From Phoronis australis (Eukaryota > Animalia > Phoronida): a DNA stretch of 64,000 nucleotides. Shown here piece after piece: positions 38,187 through 51,500 of the stretch (the stretch's first letter is position 1; each line of letters opens with the position of its first letter). The stretch is from contig NMRA01000002.1 of assembly GCA_002633005.1 (NCBI GenBank), forward strand, positions 1,705,023 through 1,769,022, given 5' to 3'. A program made the position numbers and the translations under genes. Below the pieces are notes generated by a model. It did not search any database. It was given only the letters and a program-made list of their open reading frames with translations, and was not told the DNA's origin.

Positions 38187-38886
38187 TATCTTCTTACCAA
38201 ATTTTCCAAGTTATATTTATAAAATTTTGCATAATAAATCACAGGTGATAAATATTTATGACACCTTATTACAGTCACTTCAAACAGCTTGTAAATATAA
38301 AAACAAGTGGTCATCTGTGATAGATATAAACGGTGTTAGTGACCCTGATACATGGTGGAGAAAAGTAAATAAACTCCTCTTAAATAGTACAAAAGATACA
38401 AAATTGCGTTGGTTTCAAAACCGTTTAATTCACAGAATATTTCCAACCAATAATTATTTGCATAAAATTGAAATAAAAACAAGTGATTTATGCTCTTTCT
38501 GTGGTGAAATTTTCTCCATCTGTTTAGGGAGTGTCGTCTTGTCTCCGGTTTCTGGCTCCTGTTTGCTGAGTGGTTAAAACAAACATATCATGTAAGTTGT
38601 CATGTGGACAAGATAACAGTGTTTTTTGTTTTTTGGAAATCATTCAGTCGGAAAACTGTAACATTAATCTGTTGATCATGCTAGCAAAAATTACATATTT
38701 AGAAAAAAGTTTAAGAAAAAAATTCAATTTCCAAGTGTTCATAAACTTTATTAAATTACATCCTGAAGGAAATACAGTACTTGTTGACTAGTGATTTAAT
38801 TTTATTCTTTGTAAATGATGTATACTGTTTTGTTTTATGTAACATGTAATTATCAAGCTAAAGCAAAATAAAAATATGGAAAAAAA
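38187..38886 (+). mobile_element. Second (allelic) copy of the L1/Tx1 3' fragment
   Basis: DTKLRWFQNRLIHRIFPTNNYLHKIEIKTSDLCSFCGE; lies within the duplicated block. Confidence 0.7.
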
Positions 38887-39800
38887 TTAGTTCATACATG
38901 CTTAACCACAAGGAGTTCATGTAAGAAATTTTCAACGAAGAAAGGTGATAGCAGTCATATTGCATTCCAAAATGGCCGCCGTACTATCTTTGTAAGTATA
39001 CTATACTTGCTTTGGTTTTTCATCTCAAAAGGTGACATTGTTGTCAAAACCTACAGACATGTAATCTAGACTGAAGAGTCTAGCTATTAATTTTTTTAAA
39101 ACGCTGCAAACTATCAGCTGCAAGTACATTGGATTTCAGGATGACGGCCACACTGAGCAAACCAAAATGTGGGTTTTGTAAGGTCAAGGCCTAAAGAAAA
39201 AGACACTATTAGAAACTATTTTTTCGCCTTTTGCGAATAAAAATTGTCACGATATATCCAAAAGCAGTTGTATTATACAACCTAAATAAAATTTTAAAAA
39301 TAACTGGCTTCGTTTACGTTTTTTATCACCTTTACTATTTGGCATTTTTAAAACAGAAATGGCATCAGTTCCCCTAACTTTACTGAAAAAGAAAGAAAGA
39401 TTCATCTTCTAGGCATTGACGACTGATTAGAAGATTGTTTGGCTGCGACCGCGAAGTTTTCTTATTCGAATTCGCGGTGGGACAAGTCTCAGAAAATCAC
39501 CTTTTTCGCGGATAGTTTCACTGGTGTTTTTGATGCCCTTTGTCCATTTTTAGTACTTTTCATTAAAAATCATCTTTCCGTTTCAATGTAGTTAAAAACT
39601 TCATAAAAGGTATTTCAACTGAAATTAATTCAGTCGAAACGTAAGCCCAAATAATGATCATTCAACACCGAATATTTTTCAAAATTAACAGAATTTAATA
39701 TGAATGGTTTTTGTTGGTACACCACCACCTAACATTAGAGCCGTAGTGCAGTGCGGGGACTCGCTAATCTGCCGCCATAACCATTTTGATATTGTTCTTA

Positions 39801-39958
39801 CATAGGCAGAACCAAGGGGGTCAAGGGGTCCGGACCCCCCTTTTCCCTTGATTTTAGTGACATCAAATGTATAATTTTCAAATTATTGACTTGGACTCCC
39901 CTTTTTAAAAAAATTGATCCGAACCCCTCTCCTTTTAAAAATCTTGGATTCGCCTCTT
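39801..39958. mobile_element. Short MITE with 5-bp TSD (hAT5-like)
   Basis: TCTTA|cataggcagaaccaag...cttggattcgcctctt|TCTTA. Confidence 0.7.
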
Positions 39959-41957
39959 TCTTATCACAGAAGATCGTCGTATCACCTTCCCACCTTAATA
40001 GGGTTAACCATTGATGGAATATCTTCACCTTGGATACCTAGGCTAAATCTGTTGACCAATTTCCCGCCTACCACAGTTAACAGGCTTGCATATGTGTCAC
40101 CGTTGCTATGGTCAGGTCATCCGTGAATGCGTTAATAACACGCACCACTGTGCCAGATTGTCATCCTGTCCCAATGCCTCTTTCAAGCTTTATCAAATCT
40201 GGACTTCTCGGAAGTAGTCGATTGTCATTCCACTGATATTAACCGGAACATGAAAATACTCCAAACTTGTTAGGATCAATTTAAGGCCACACACAAGCCA
40301 GGTCTTTCTTCTTTGGTTTGGGAAAAGGAAAGGAATGGTTTACGTGTTCAAGATGGCGTATTCAATGACGCATCCAATGTCAAAGACAAATGAACATTGA
40401 GCCATAGTTATGAAATAATTAGTCACATAGGAAAAGTTAGGAGAATCAATATAGAAAAATATCAGATCGTTTTAAATAAAAGTAATATTTTCTTTTAAGG
40501 CACTTGATAAGTTGATTGGATGTAGGGAAAGGAAGGATGTACATCTCTGCAATAATAAAACATATGTTCCACTATTTGATCCAAACTACACTAATAACAC
40601 ATATTGGAAGGAACAAACTTCATCTTGAATAACCTCTATTGTGCAACAACATATAGGGCGTACTTAAAAACTTTAACAGAAGAATCTATGAGAAAAGCAT
40701 AAGGCAAAGTATAAATATTCTTAATTTCTTGTTCTGGAAAAAGGCGTAACAATTTATCGTAATTATCAGATTTTTTGCAATATTTTTGCAAATGGATTTT
40801 TTGATATTTACTTCATTGTAATTCACGTAGATTGTTACACCCTATTAGTTTAGGTTTGCTCCTGTCATTTTTTCGGAATAAAATCTTAACAATATTACTG
40901 TTTTTAAAAGTCAAGATATTCTTTAAATTTATATCTCGACTTGAGCACCTCCCAAGATAGCAGTTTCTTTTCCTTGTCCAGGAAGTCACTAAGAAGAAAT
41001 AATCCACAGCGATAAAAATCCTTGTAGTAAAAAGAATTGAAATTGTGTATTAGTCTTCATTTTGCCAAATTACATCTTCCTTTATTGGTACATTCTTGTA
41101 AACATGTTTGTTCAGCTATTCGCTAAGCATAAATAACTTCCTTGTATAAGTTATCTAATATCTCGAATTAAGGCGAAATCTCTATTTAAATGTGACTTTA
41201 GTGTCTTTGCAATATTCGCTTCATCGTTTCAAGTTCCCCTTTAAAACTAGGAATTGATAAAATTGGCGATTTTGGCATCGCCGATGATAGTCAGCTCTGA
41301 AAGACCACTAGGCAATGGCGAATTATATTGCCATACTTCAGCCATTATTATGAACGCATTATAGTCTAGAAATATATTATCAAAATTTTCTCAGCACGTA
41401 TCAGATATCGTGCATATTCTAAGAGACTTTGAGCTTTTGTTCAAGTGAGAATTCAATATTTTTCAGATAAAAGTTGTGTAATACCAAAGCTCTGGCTTAA
41501 ATGTCACTATTCATGAAACAAAGGCCAGCGGGGAACGAATGATCTTATAAGCGTGTTGGCGGGCGGGTGTTAACATAAAATAAAAAACAACTATCGTGTA
41601 GGGGCTCTATCTATGCCCTTGCGGGGAGGGACCCACCTTCGTTGCTAAGTTACTCAAAATCATTTTTGTGACCAACCGTGAGCTAGAATAGGTCGGGACC
41701 GTCAATTCTCCGCTAGGAAGTAGTCCTGTGAAGGCTTGACAGGAGGGTAATCACAAATGTCAACGTCAGCTATCGTCAGCTTTGCAATACTATGTGTATT
41801 TATAAATTATGGTGTCTTTATATATTTTGCTGTGTGTGTGGGGGGGGGGGGGGNTGTGTGTGTCTTTTTGTCGATTAAAAGATGTCGCTCCTACTCTTCA
41901 GGTACATGTACACTGTAAGCTCAACCACTAGATTGGGCTTCGGCTGTTAACCATTTT

Positions 41958-42019
41958 GTATCATATTGTTCGACTTCTCTTACTATTAAAATAGTAAGAG
42001 AAGTCGAACAATATGATAC
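41958..42019. repeat. Perfect 30-bp inverted repeat with 2-nt spacer
   Basis: gtatcatattgttcgacttctcttactatt-aa-aatagtaagagaagtcgaacaatatgatac. Confidence 0.95.
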
Positions 42020-45000
42020 GTCTCATCTGCGACATTCACGAGTACTTGCACACTAAATAATAACCATTTTGGATAGTTTTCATGGTTGTAAAACCAAATG
42101 TTTGCCCTCCTCATAAATACTCGGGCATTGGCTGGGGAATCTTTCAGAAACCTCGTCACTGGTGGATGAATGCTACTGGAATCACTCGAATTTTTTGGCG
42201 CTCAAAAACATTTACGTGATAAAACGTGAAAATGACCAAAGATGCAACATTATATAGAACCTTGGAGAGAAGCAACGAACACAGCAGTGTAGGTGAACCT
42301 CAACTGGGGATAATGTACACGTTGTCTACGTCTTCAAACGATTGCATAAGTGATTCCGATTGCTGTAGGACGGCATCCTCTGAGCCCTCTAACATTCATC
42401 AGGTCGCGAGAGTCACTCGTCCACCAGATGGCACACCTACCGAACTGCCAAAATGACATATCGTGAAAATCGACGTCATTTCGCAAGGTTTAGTCCCTTT
42501 CTGAAAAATAGATCAATAAAGGTACAGTTTAGGGAAAGGAAAGCAGAAAAAGTCATCAAAAGCAAAAAGGAACGCATGATGTTGCTTTTAATGCCCGACT
42601 ACAGGATAATTCACGTTTTCTCGTCTGATAATACCGCTGGTTACGTATTTGGAGATAACCTGATCGGATCTAAAGATAAATAAATACGCTAGTGTTGGCT
42701 GACGAAGTTAGGTGGCACTCAATATTTTGTTTGAGGCACGGTTAAATTTACCAACGAATTTCATTAAAAACTGGCGCCTGCTAGATTGTATGGACATTTC
42801 AAGTTTTGTGCTGCATGTGAAGGTCACGAATGACTTCAGTTTGATTTTTGACTACGTCCTGGCTGAGTGAAAGATTGCTATTTGGTGATTCCTTGACCCA
42901 CTCTTTGCTCAATCATGGCTTTTCTGAAACATTTGCGGCTTGTAAGCGAGAAGTTGAAATTTAACAGGAAATTCAGGTACCCCTCAGATAATCAAGAAAA
43001 AGAATCTGTTGGACTACACCCGCTTTTCACATGATTTCTGTATTCTGGAGAATTTTGGCAGTCTGAATGCATGTACTGTTTCTCAGTTCGCAATAATCGC
43101 ATGCAAATGGGGCTTTGGGGTGAACATTTCTGATTTTTTTGTATCTGTGTTCGTTTTTGAAGTATCCAGTTGTAATTTCGGTAGTTGTAAAATATGAAAA
43201 GCTGACCTCGAAATCAGTTTCAAAAAATTTCTATAAGGTTTTTGAATGTTTTGGCCCAGAATTCTGTTCATGTTTTCAGGTTTTGTATACTCTGTGGAAC
43301 AAACTGTTTGAGTTGCCAACATCTGATTTTTCAAGCGCAGAATCAGCAATAATTGTTGAGTGTCACCTTTAAGGAAGGAACTACGTAGCATTTGTTTTGC
43401 CTTGTTGACAATAGAGAGCACTGGAATCGGTATGTTTGTGCTTAAATATGACCACGCACGGATTAATAAAACTAAAATTAAAACTAAAACCTTAAACTAT
43501 GTAATGTACAAAGGTAAATTACTTTGAAGAAGTTAAAAATTTGAAAATAGTATTCTTTGTCGAAAACGCGTTAAGTACATCTGTAGCGTTCGAAGCCCGA
43601 AGGAAAAGATGAACTTTTCTCAGCCAATCACTCTGATGTTTGCTTTATTAAATTAGACCATACTGCTTCCATTAAAACCACAAGATTCCAGCTATAAGAC
43701 AAATACATCGCTAGAAGACCGAAAACTTTTTTCAGCAAACCCAACACAGCGAATCTATCGGAGTTTTATGCAAGCTGGCTGTAGTTCGCATTTACACTGC
43801 GCATGTCTTATACATTGACGGCCAAAAGCTTGTGGAAGAATTGCCAGTGATTGTTACAACATCTGGGAAGTTTCTTGTGCATGTAGCAGTCGATATTCCC
43901 TCAAGCGGGAGACTTCTATAATTTTTTCTGCGTCAAACACCCATGTTTATTCAACCTATAATGTCTATTCATAGACCGCTGTTTGCCTAAATAACGGCTA
44001 TTGAATTATCTGTCGTTCGATCGATGTGGGATGTAATTAAAAGTTTGTCCTACGAAACGAGCAACTTCCGAACAAAGATGTTAATCGTTTGAATACAAAC
44101 CCCATACAAGGATGTATTGCTTAATGAAGTATGGCTACTATACATCTCTTTCATATGCAACGGAATGCAAAACTATACCAGCGCAAAGGCAAACATATGA
44201 GAAACATATCATTTCAGTGAATAAAACAATACAGCATCAATAACACATGCAACGCTTTTCCCCACAAGTGCATTCCATTCAGATAGTTTCTCTGTCAGGA
44301 AATCGAGACCAGAATTGGAAAATAATAAAATACCAATGACAAAGACAGAAGTTGTGGGTAAAAATCCTGCTTGTAAACAACAAACTAACAATGTCACGTG
44401 CTCTAAAACGTGCAATTGCAGTCTGCGTTTAACTCGGTCCAAATATTCACGTGGCGTCAGTGAAAAACATCTCGTAGTGTGAAACACCTACTAACGCAGC
44501 CCAAATTCCAGTATACCGGTGATGTCAACAGGAAACCAAGTGTCTATTTTCCTGGAAGCTGGAAAGAGTCAGTCACTACTAAATTTAGCTTAAATAAACA
44601 GAGACCCTTGCGCTAAATACCAACGCATACACATTTAATTAAAAGTTTTCTCCTATCACTTTCTTGATGAAAAATCGTATTTTTACCTTCTCATGGGCGT
44701 GGAAAATGCTATAAGAATTCCTGCGTTGCTGAGAACAGATGGGATTATAACTATTCAAAAGTGAAAATTGTTAGTTTTAGCAGTTATTTATGTGCGAAGT
44801 AATTGAAGAAATACCGTACGTTGATGATAAAAATAATTGAAGTTTGCGCGCATGCGCAGCGTTGGTTAGAATAGGCGATGCCGTAGCATTTCCCCTTTAA
44901 TCAATTTTTTGATACCGCTAAGGTACATTGGTACATAGAAATTGGACCAATGCTAGGGTTTGAAATTTTAAACCTATGTGCATCTTTTATTGAGACACGA

Positions 45001-45915
45001 AACCCGACTACAATCAATAAGCTCATTTAGTGGTGACCATAGTAACGTGATTATCTTGGAAATTATGGCCAATTCATAGCTCACAACTTCACCAACTTAA
45101 TCGGACACCTAACTGAAGCTTTGTGATCTTCATTAGATTGGCATTCACAACTTATTCTCAAAGTCTTTTAGTGACATTTAATGTCTTCCACTTCCCATTA
45201 ATTTCTTATTGAACTACACACAACTTTCGAAGAAAAGTGAAGTTAATGAGACAAAAAAGTGTTGGTTCCAATGATTTTCTTTTGTTCTCAAAAACTGGAA
45301 AACATTTTATGGAATTTAATACAAATGTTGCTCTTTATAAATTTCCGAAGCAAATAGAAATGGCGATAAGTTAGTACCCCGGCCGTTAAGGTATACATCT
45401 AGTGGTTTCTGCAGAGGCGTTTCACAGCAGATAGCCTGATTTCGCAAAACATTTTCCCTAATCATGGAGAAATGAGAGCAAATCATGCATTTTACTCAAT
45501 GTTCATTCAGCTCATTGTGAACGTCCTTTAACTTCATATTCTAGATCAGATAACATGTCATATATTTAGAAGATTGTGTATTCCAATTAACGCAGAAACA
45601 CGTTTAGTTATTGTAACAGACTATTAGACAGAGTTCCCTAAGGAGTTGAACTAAATTAACAGTGTTTGACTCAATGCGGCGGTGACTAAAATGATGTCTT
45701 CTCTTGACAAGTACGCAAAAATACTTCTTCCTCATAGTCTAATTAGCACTCGCCTATCAATTATAGCATTGAGACATATAATTTCTGATGGGATACTGCT
45801 ACATTTGATTGCAAAGTGACATGAATCTGATTACGTATCTAAATAAATACGTAGACGTTATGACACACCGAGAAACAGCGATTTCGCCTGATGAACTTAT
45901 TCACTTGTTCTAATA

Positions 45916-46041
45916 TGCGCATGCGCGTCCTAACAGTGCAGATGGCGGTTCATGGTGAATGCTAGAAGCAACGTTGACGTTACAGCCCGCGTTGATGAAT
46001 ATTAAGAAAACACTTTTGCACCATCACGCGGACGGACAGCG
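45916..46041 (+). promoter_or_regulatory. Probable promoter and shared non-coding first exon of the cholinergic locus
   Basis: NRF1-type TGCGCATGCGC at 45916, locally CpG-rich sequence, donor CG|GTAAGC at 46042, and a proximal acceptor ccttttatgtag ending at 46133 upstream of the VAChT ATG. The exact transcription start is unknown. Confidence 0.5.
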
Positions 46042-46325
46042 GTAAGCGCAATCGACCGAACAAACTTGTCATTAATTTTTAATTAAGAAAACCTAAAGAC
46101 AATAGAAGTCGAGTTTTAATGCCTTTTATGTAGAAGAGACTCAAGAGTGTTTCGTTCGATAACCGGTCGATTAGTTGTTCACTTCAAGTTGTGAACCATT
46201 TTCTTCGGATCATGAATGTATCGTGTTTATGTCTATTGGTGTAAATGTGTCAGACTATTGCTACATTGATTTACGGGAATTGGTATTAGACTAAGAGACT
46301 GTGGAAAGAAAACTAAAGTATCAAA

Positions 46326-48023
46326 ATGCCTGTAATCCCAATCATTAACAAGGACACGTCGGAGATAGGGCAGGCGATAACCAACAAGTTACAGGACGGC
46401 AACTCTCAGAGGAAGATAGTGCTGGTAATTGTCTCCGTGGCGCTGTTACTGGATAATATGTTGTACATGGTCATCGTGCCCATTATCCCAGACTACTTAC
46501 GAAGCATCAACGCATGGGGACCTCCTAAAACAGAAACGGTTCACGAGAACTACACTGTCAACGTTTCGGCCACCGATTCCCCTTACGAGCCGTCAACGCT
46601 GCAAATGTTGTATGAAAACTCTTCATGCTGCTACAATTTGACTACAGTAACACCAGAAAGAAAACCAGAAACCATCATAAAGTCACGCAGTTACCGCATA
46701 CTTATTCTCGACCCTCACGACCATGAAGACATCGCGGTTGGGGTATTGTTTGCGTCCAAAGCCATTATCCAGTTGTTTATTAACCCAATCTCTGGAACCA
46801 TTATAGACAGAATAGGCTACGACCTACCTATGTTGTTCGGACTGTCCGTTATCTTTATTTCAACCACGGTTTTTGCATTCGGACAAAGTTACGGCGTGCT
46901 GTTTTTTGCCAGAAGCTTGCAGGGCGTGGGCTCAGCGTTCGCTGACACGTCTGGCTTAGCCATGGTTGCCGACCGATTCACAGAAGAGAAGGAACGTTCC
47001 AGAGCATTGGGTATCACTATTGCCTTCATATCGTTTGGCTGTCTTGTGGCCCCACCGTTTGGTGGAGTATTATATGAATTTGCTGGCAAGAAGGTGCCAT
47101 TTCTCATTCTTGCTAGTATTGCTATCATTGACGGACTTATGATGTTTCTCGTCATGAAACCGGTTCGAGCTCAACGCCAACAGCTAAAGGAGAAACACGA
47201 GTTGCCCAAGGGGACCCCTATTTATAAGCTATTGATGGACCCCTACATAGCCGTCTGTGCTGGTGCCTTAGCTATGTCCAATGTCTCGCTAGCTTTCCTA
47301 GAACCAACCCTGTCCATCTGGATGAAGGACACAATGGACGCGTCTGAGTGGCAGATGGGATTAGTATGGCTACCTGCCTTCATACCTCATGTTATAGGTG
47401 TATACGTGACTGTAAAATTAGCCGAAGCTTACCCAAAGCACCAGTGGTTAATGGCAGCTATAGGGTTAGCAATGGAGGGTCTCAGTTGTACCGTAATACC
47501 TTTCACTACAGCATTTGGTGCTCTTATCATTCCATTAATGACCATCTGTTTTGGTATAGCTCTGATAGACACCGCCCTGCTTCCAACTTTAGCTCATTTA
47601 GTGGACACTCGCCACCAGTCTGTTTACGGTAGTGTGTACGCCATTGCCGACATCTCCTATTCGCTTGCATACGCGTTTGGGCCGATTGTGGCCGGGCAGA
47701 TAGTGCAATCTATAGGATTTACATGGCTTAATATGGGGATTATGATCAGTAACATTTTATATGTTCCGCTACTGTTTTTCTTGAGAGTCATCTATCGTTA
47801 TACGGAGTTCCAGAACGAAGAAGATGTTTTACTCGACGACTATCCGGCGACACAATACAAAACCTACCAAGTAGAGAATGGACAGAATCAGGAGGTTGGA
47901 AATGTCAGCAAGAACCACCTGACCCTCACCAGGAAGGTGTCGTCACGTGACCCAGCGGGAGAGGTCACTGAGTTCGATAGCGTAACTGGGAATAGTGTTG
48001 AGTCTAGTGATTCAGAATATTAG
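46326..48023 (+). CDS. SLC18A3: Vesicular acetylcholine transporter (VAChT, SLC18A3/unc-17), intronless, 565 aa
   Basis: MFS 12-TM protein with VAChT signatures ALLLDNMLYMVIVPIIPDYL, LFASKAIIQL, ARSLQGVGSAFADTSGLAM, DPYIAVCAGALAMSNVSLAFLEPT and SVYGSVYAIADISYS; glycosylated lumenal loop 1 (NYT, NVS, NSS, NLT); acidic dileucine EEDVLL in the tail; aaaATG start context. Confidence 0.98.
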   Translation: MPVIPIINKDTSEIGQAITNKLQDGNSQRKIVLVIVSVALLLDNMLYMVIVPIIPDYLRSINAWGPPKTETVHENYTVNVSATDSPYEPSTLQMLYENSSCCYNLTTVTPERKPETIIKSRSYRILILDPHDHEDIAVGVLFASKAIIQLFINPISGTIIDRIGYDLPMLFGLSVIFISTTVFAFGQSYGVLFFARSLQGVGSAFADTSGLAMVADRFTEEKERSRALGITIAFISFGCLVAPPFGGVLYEFAGKKVPFLILASIAIIDGLMMFLVMKPVRAQRQQLKEKHELPKGTPIYKLLMDPYIAVCAGALAMSNVSLAFLEPTLSIWMKDTMDASEWQMGLVWLPAFIPHVIGVYVTVKLAEAYPKHQWLMAAIGLAMEGLSCTVIPFTTAFGALIIPLMTICFGIALIDTALLPTLAHLVDTRHQSVYGSVYAIADISYSLAYAFGPIVAGQIVQSIGFTWLNMGIMISNILYVPLLFFLRVIYRYTEFQNEEDVLLDDYPATQYKTYQVENGQNQEVGNVSKNHLTLTRKVSSRDPAGEVTEFDSVTGNSVESSDSEY

Positions 48024-48501
48024 AATTTCGTTGATTAGTCGTAAGAAGATGTTGCTGTCGGTGTGACCTTTGATGTAATTTTTTTGGGAACATCTGTTCG
48101 AATTTTTTTTCTGTAACACTGTTATGATGCACGCAGCTCTGCTCTTTAGTTTTTGTGTACCTGGCGTTTTAAGTGTAAATGTATACGTCAACAGGCGCAT
48201 TTGAGTTTAACACTTTGAGGGCGAACGATAGATTTGCCGTTGTGCCCGAAAATTTGGCAGTTTTGCAGAATCAACCAGGGTTAGGTTAAATGTGCAAAAA
48301 ATAATATTTTTTGATATCAGATGATTTTATGTTATAGCAAAGAGTAAACTATCTGTAATCGGTCAAGGTATGTTATGACTAAGGACGATGGGAGTGATTA
48401 GTACAGTTTTATAAACTTGTTTCCTAGCAAAGGTAGTAACGAATTTATTGACCAGTGATTAATGTTCGAACGTATTGTAAGTGTAATTTATTGACATTTG
48501 A

Positions 48502-48507
48502 AATAAA
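48502..48507 (+). terminator. Candidate VAChT polyadenylation signal
   Basis: AATAAA about 480 nt after the stop, followed by a GT-rich stretch (tctgttgtgattt). Confidence 0.4.
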
Positions 48508-51500
48508 AGGTAGTTGTTAACAGCGAGTAATCTGTTGTGATTTAGTGCTTAATAAGAAAATTTTGTTTACATTGAATTAAATTCGACAAGCGAGTGTCAT
48601 GAAATAATTGGTCACAAATTGATTGTGCTCCAATCTAAACAGAAACTTTTTAAAAGTGAAGTCCAAGCAAATACCAACAGAAAATGCTCATATGTCAATA
48701 TGTCGCCGAGCACTCTTGAGTTGACTATTGTAATCGCTTAACTAGCTCTTCAAACTGAACGGATATAGGGATGTGATTAACTCTTCTAAATCGTTTAAAT
48801 TACCAATTTAAAGTAATTACGAAAATCGATAGCATTTTTGTATTTCATCCTGAATTCTTTATTTACGTTACATTACCTTACTCTTCCGTTGAAACCACTG
48901 AATTGAGTCATTTCCATGCAAATAGCTTTTAATTTATAATTAACGTGTGACTACAGTTAATAATAAACCCAAGACTTAGCGAAGAGTAGCGCTATTTTGT
49001 CATTCAAATCCTTGATTTGATTTTACGCAAGTTGGAGCTCAACTATGCATGGCTAAAGTACAAATGCAGAAGTCGTCAATTTCGTAGGCGTGCGCTTCAG
49101 CGCCGAAGTCTTGACATTTCCCTTAATAACATTTATGTAATATTCTGTAATGGCATAAAACATTTACGAAAATCGCAGAGTTGTGACTTATCTTAAAAAC
49201 CCAACCGGCGTCCGATAAAGCACTCGTACATACAAGCTCCTGTCATTAGCTTTTTTAGCAAAGCACGCTAACCCAATTAGAAATTCTGTTGGCAGTCGAG
49301 ACGTTTAAACAACGGCTGTTTGCATGCAGTGGAAATTCCAAGGTGGATCGGTTCACTAAATCGCCAATTAAAGAGTTTTCTAATTAATCAATAAGCTGTT
49401 GTGTTGGAAGGAGCAGATATTGATTTCAATAGCGATTATGGCTATCACCGTCGCGAAAAGATACTGCTCTGATTCAGCTGCCCATAACAATAAGATTAGC
49501 AGACTGCCAAGAAGACCAGTGAAATTTGGAACGAAAACAACTTCGAGTTGACCATAGTAGCTTTGTTCCGATTAAAAATATTCTGAATATGAGTTTTAAT
49601 TTCGAAAAAAATTAAAGATCCTTGTTTTGAAATTTTCGTATAATATTTGTGCAATTGTCATGGGTTAGTTGTTATATCTCAGCAAGTTTATTCTAGAATT
49701 AAAAAACTACTATATAAACACTATGATGGCGTCTCTCTCACTGTTTGGAACAGTTTAAATGGAAACTCCAGATTTAAATTCTAAATAGGGCAAGTTAACA
49801 TTCCATCTCTTAAAAGAAAACAAATAAAGTGAATGGCGCTTTTTTGTCAGTGCACACGATTTCCTCCTCTTGACAGAATGAGAGAAATTAACTCAGACCC
49901 CTTCTTGCATCAAATTGGTTTCAAGTATAGGGAACACTTGTAGTTATGCCCTTTCGATTATAGACGACAGCAATTAATGAATAAAACAACTTGCAGAATA
50001 AAAAAATCGACAGTGCATTAATATAGTTTTAAACTTGCTAGTAAGACCGAATAACGTCGGTCCTCACTACTAAAGGCATCACCGTCAACAAGAAGGCTTG
50101 AAGCCATTTACATACTCATACGCACGCATGCGCACTATCGCAAAACGATTGGTTCTAGGTGTCTTCTTCTGTTCACTCTCATGGCTAAATGTGCGAACGT
50201 ATGCATGTGCACAATCGTGTGCGCGTGTACGTTAGCGCGCGTGCGTCTATGCTGTATGCTCCATACATTCATGTCAAAGCAGCGGTATTTTCCAGAAAAT
50301 TGTGCCATTTTATATTACTGTACATTTTATTATAGCTACACTGTATTATTTGTAGATCAATATGTACTTTCAAACTTCTCGCAAGTGACAACGACACATT
50401 TGTTTCGTTGACTGTAAGACAGCGAGATGAGTTCTAGATAGAAGTTCACTTTGTTCATCGCGAACAACCCTGGGGTATATCTCTCTATCCATCAAAGCTT
50501 TACGAGAGAGATCTGTTTAATGTCATCCCTGTCTATGTCTTTACATCCAATTTTCAGTCTTGTCCTAATGAACACAGTTGTGTATCATTTCCCATGTCAC
50601 GCCTTACAAACTCAGTTATCTTATTAAAACAATTGAGAAGCTTTGTGTTACATGTTCCTGTATTAGCCAAAGCTACTTCATCTGCCGCAATCGATATTGG
50701 ATACTGTACCGTGCGGGGTTAATTCGGACAAATTAAGCGTTTTAAGCTGTGTTAAGCAATTACCACACCTAGGTAATTATCTCTTTATCCAAGTTTCGAT
50801 GATTAAAACAATAAGGTTGTTAAACCTAGATTGTACAGGTCGGTGGCAGTGGTGCAACATCCTCCAAGAAAACCCAACATCTGACCACCAAGATGTAAGC
50901 TTGAGGTTTAGTTTCCTTGTAAGGAACTACGTGAATCACTTAGAATTGGGATTTAAAACATCTGAACGCGCACTTTCTAAAGCCAATTAAAGAAATATTG
51001 AACGTTGTTTTGGCGGGTCAAAAAGGTCAAGTCCAAAATACATTGAAGTAAGAATATAGGTTTTATTAACGCCTACACAGTGTAAGCAAAGAAAAGAAGA
51101 AGTGTTATCGTGCCTTATTTCATGACTCGACAACTTCTGTCCATCGTCAAATTATATTAAAACTTTTGACATTCGCCATTGTGGGAAATGGAGTGCGCCA
51201 AGGTACGCTTTTGGGAGGGAGATGAGACACTCGCAAGAAAAGCTTGTAATGTAAGGCAATATTTCTTAAAGACTCGCGTTATCTTGCGTTTTCGTGAGTT
51301 TCTTGCGTCTAGGAATTCAGCCTAGGGCTGCGTTCCATAGTCCCAAGATACTCGCGAAGCACTTGCGGAGTGAGACATCTTCGCTCACGGAACAAATTTC
51401 ATCCCATAATTCATTATTCCAAATACAACCGACACGCCACTCCAATGGCCGTATTTTGTTTGGGCGGTACGCTGGTAAGGTCCAGCCGAGCATACTAGCA

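Larger units (their letters stand above)
32230..39451. repeat. About 3.6-kb direct duplication (32230-35897 / 35899-39451) around n; probable two haplotypes concatenated
   Basis: Same content in the same order on both sides of the n at 35898, with a few percent divergence; further gaps fall at or near the same homopolymer tracts. Confidence 0.85.

Noticed and set aside
32230-39451. Possible LTR pair or true segmental duplication
   Set aside because: The copies are directly adjacent across an n gap with no internal gag-pol, which fits an allelic assembly overlap.
46014-46043. RE1/NRSE-like halves (gcacc ... ggacagcg) at the predicted first exon, echoing the mammalian cholinergic RE1
   Set aside because: The spacer is 11 nt rather than 2, the left half is poor, the right half overlaps the splice donor, and REST is not established in this probable lineage.
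46429-47632. Overlapping alternative-frame and antisense ORFs within VAChT
   Set aside because: Short shadow ORFs of a real coding sequence.
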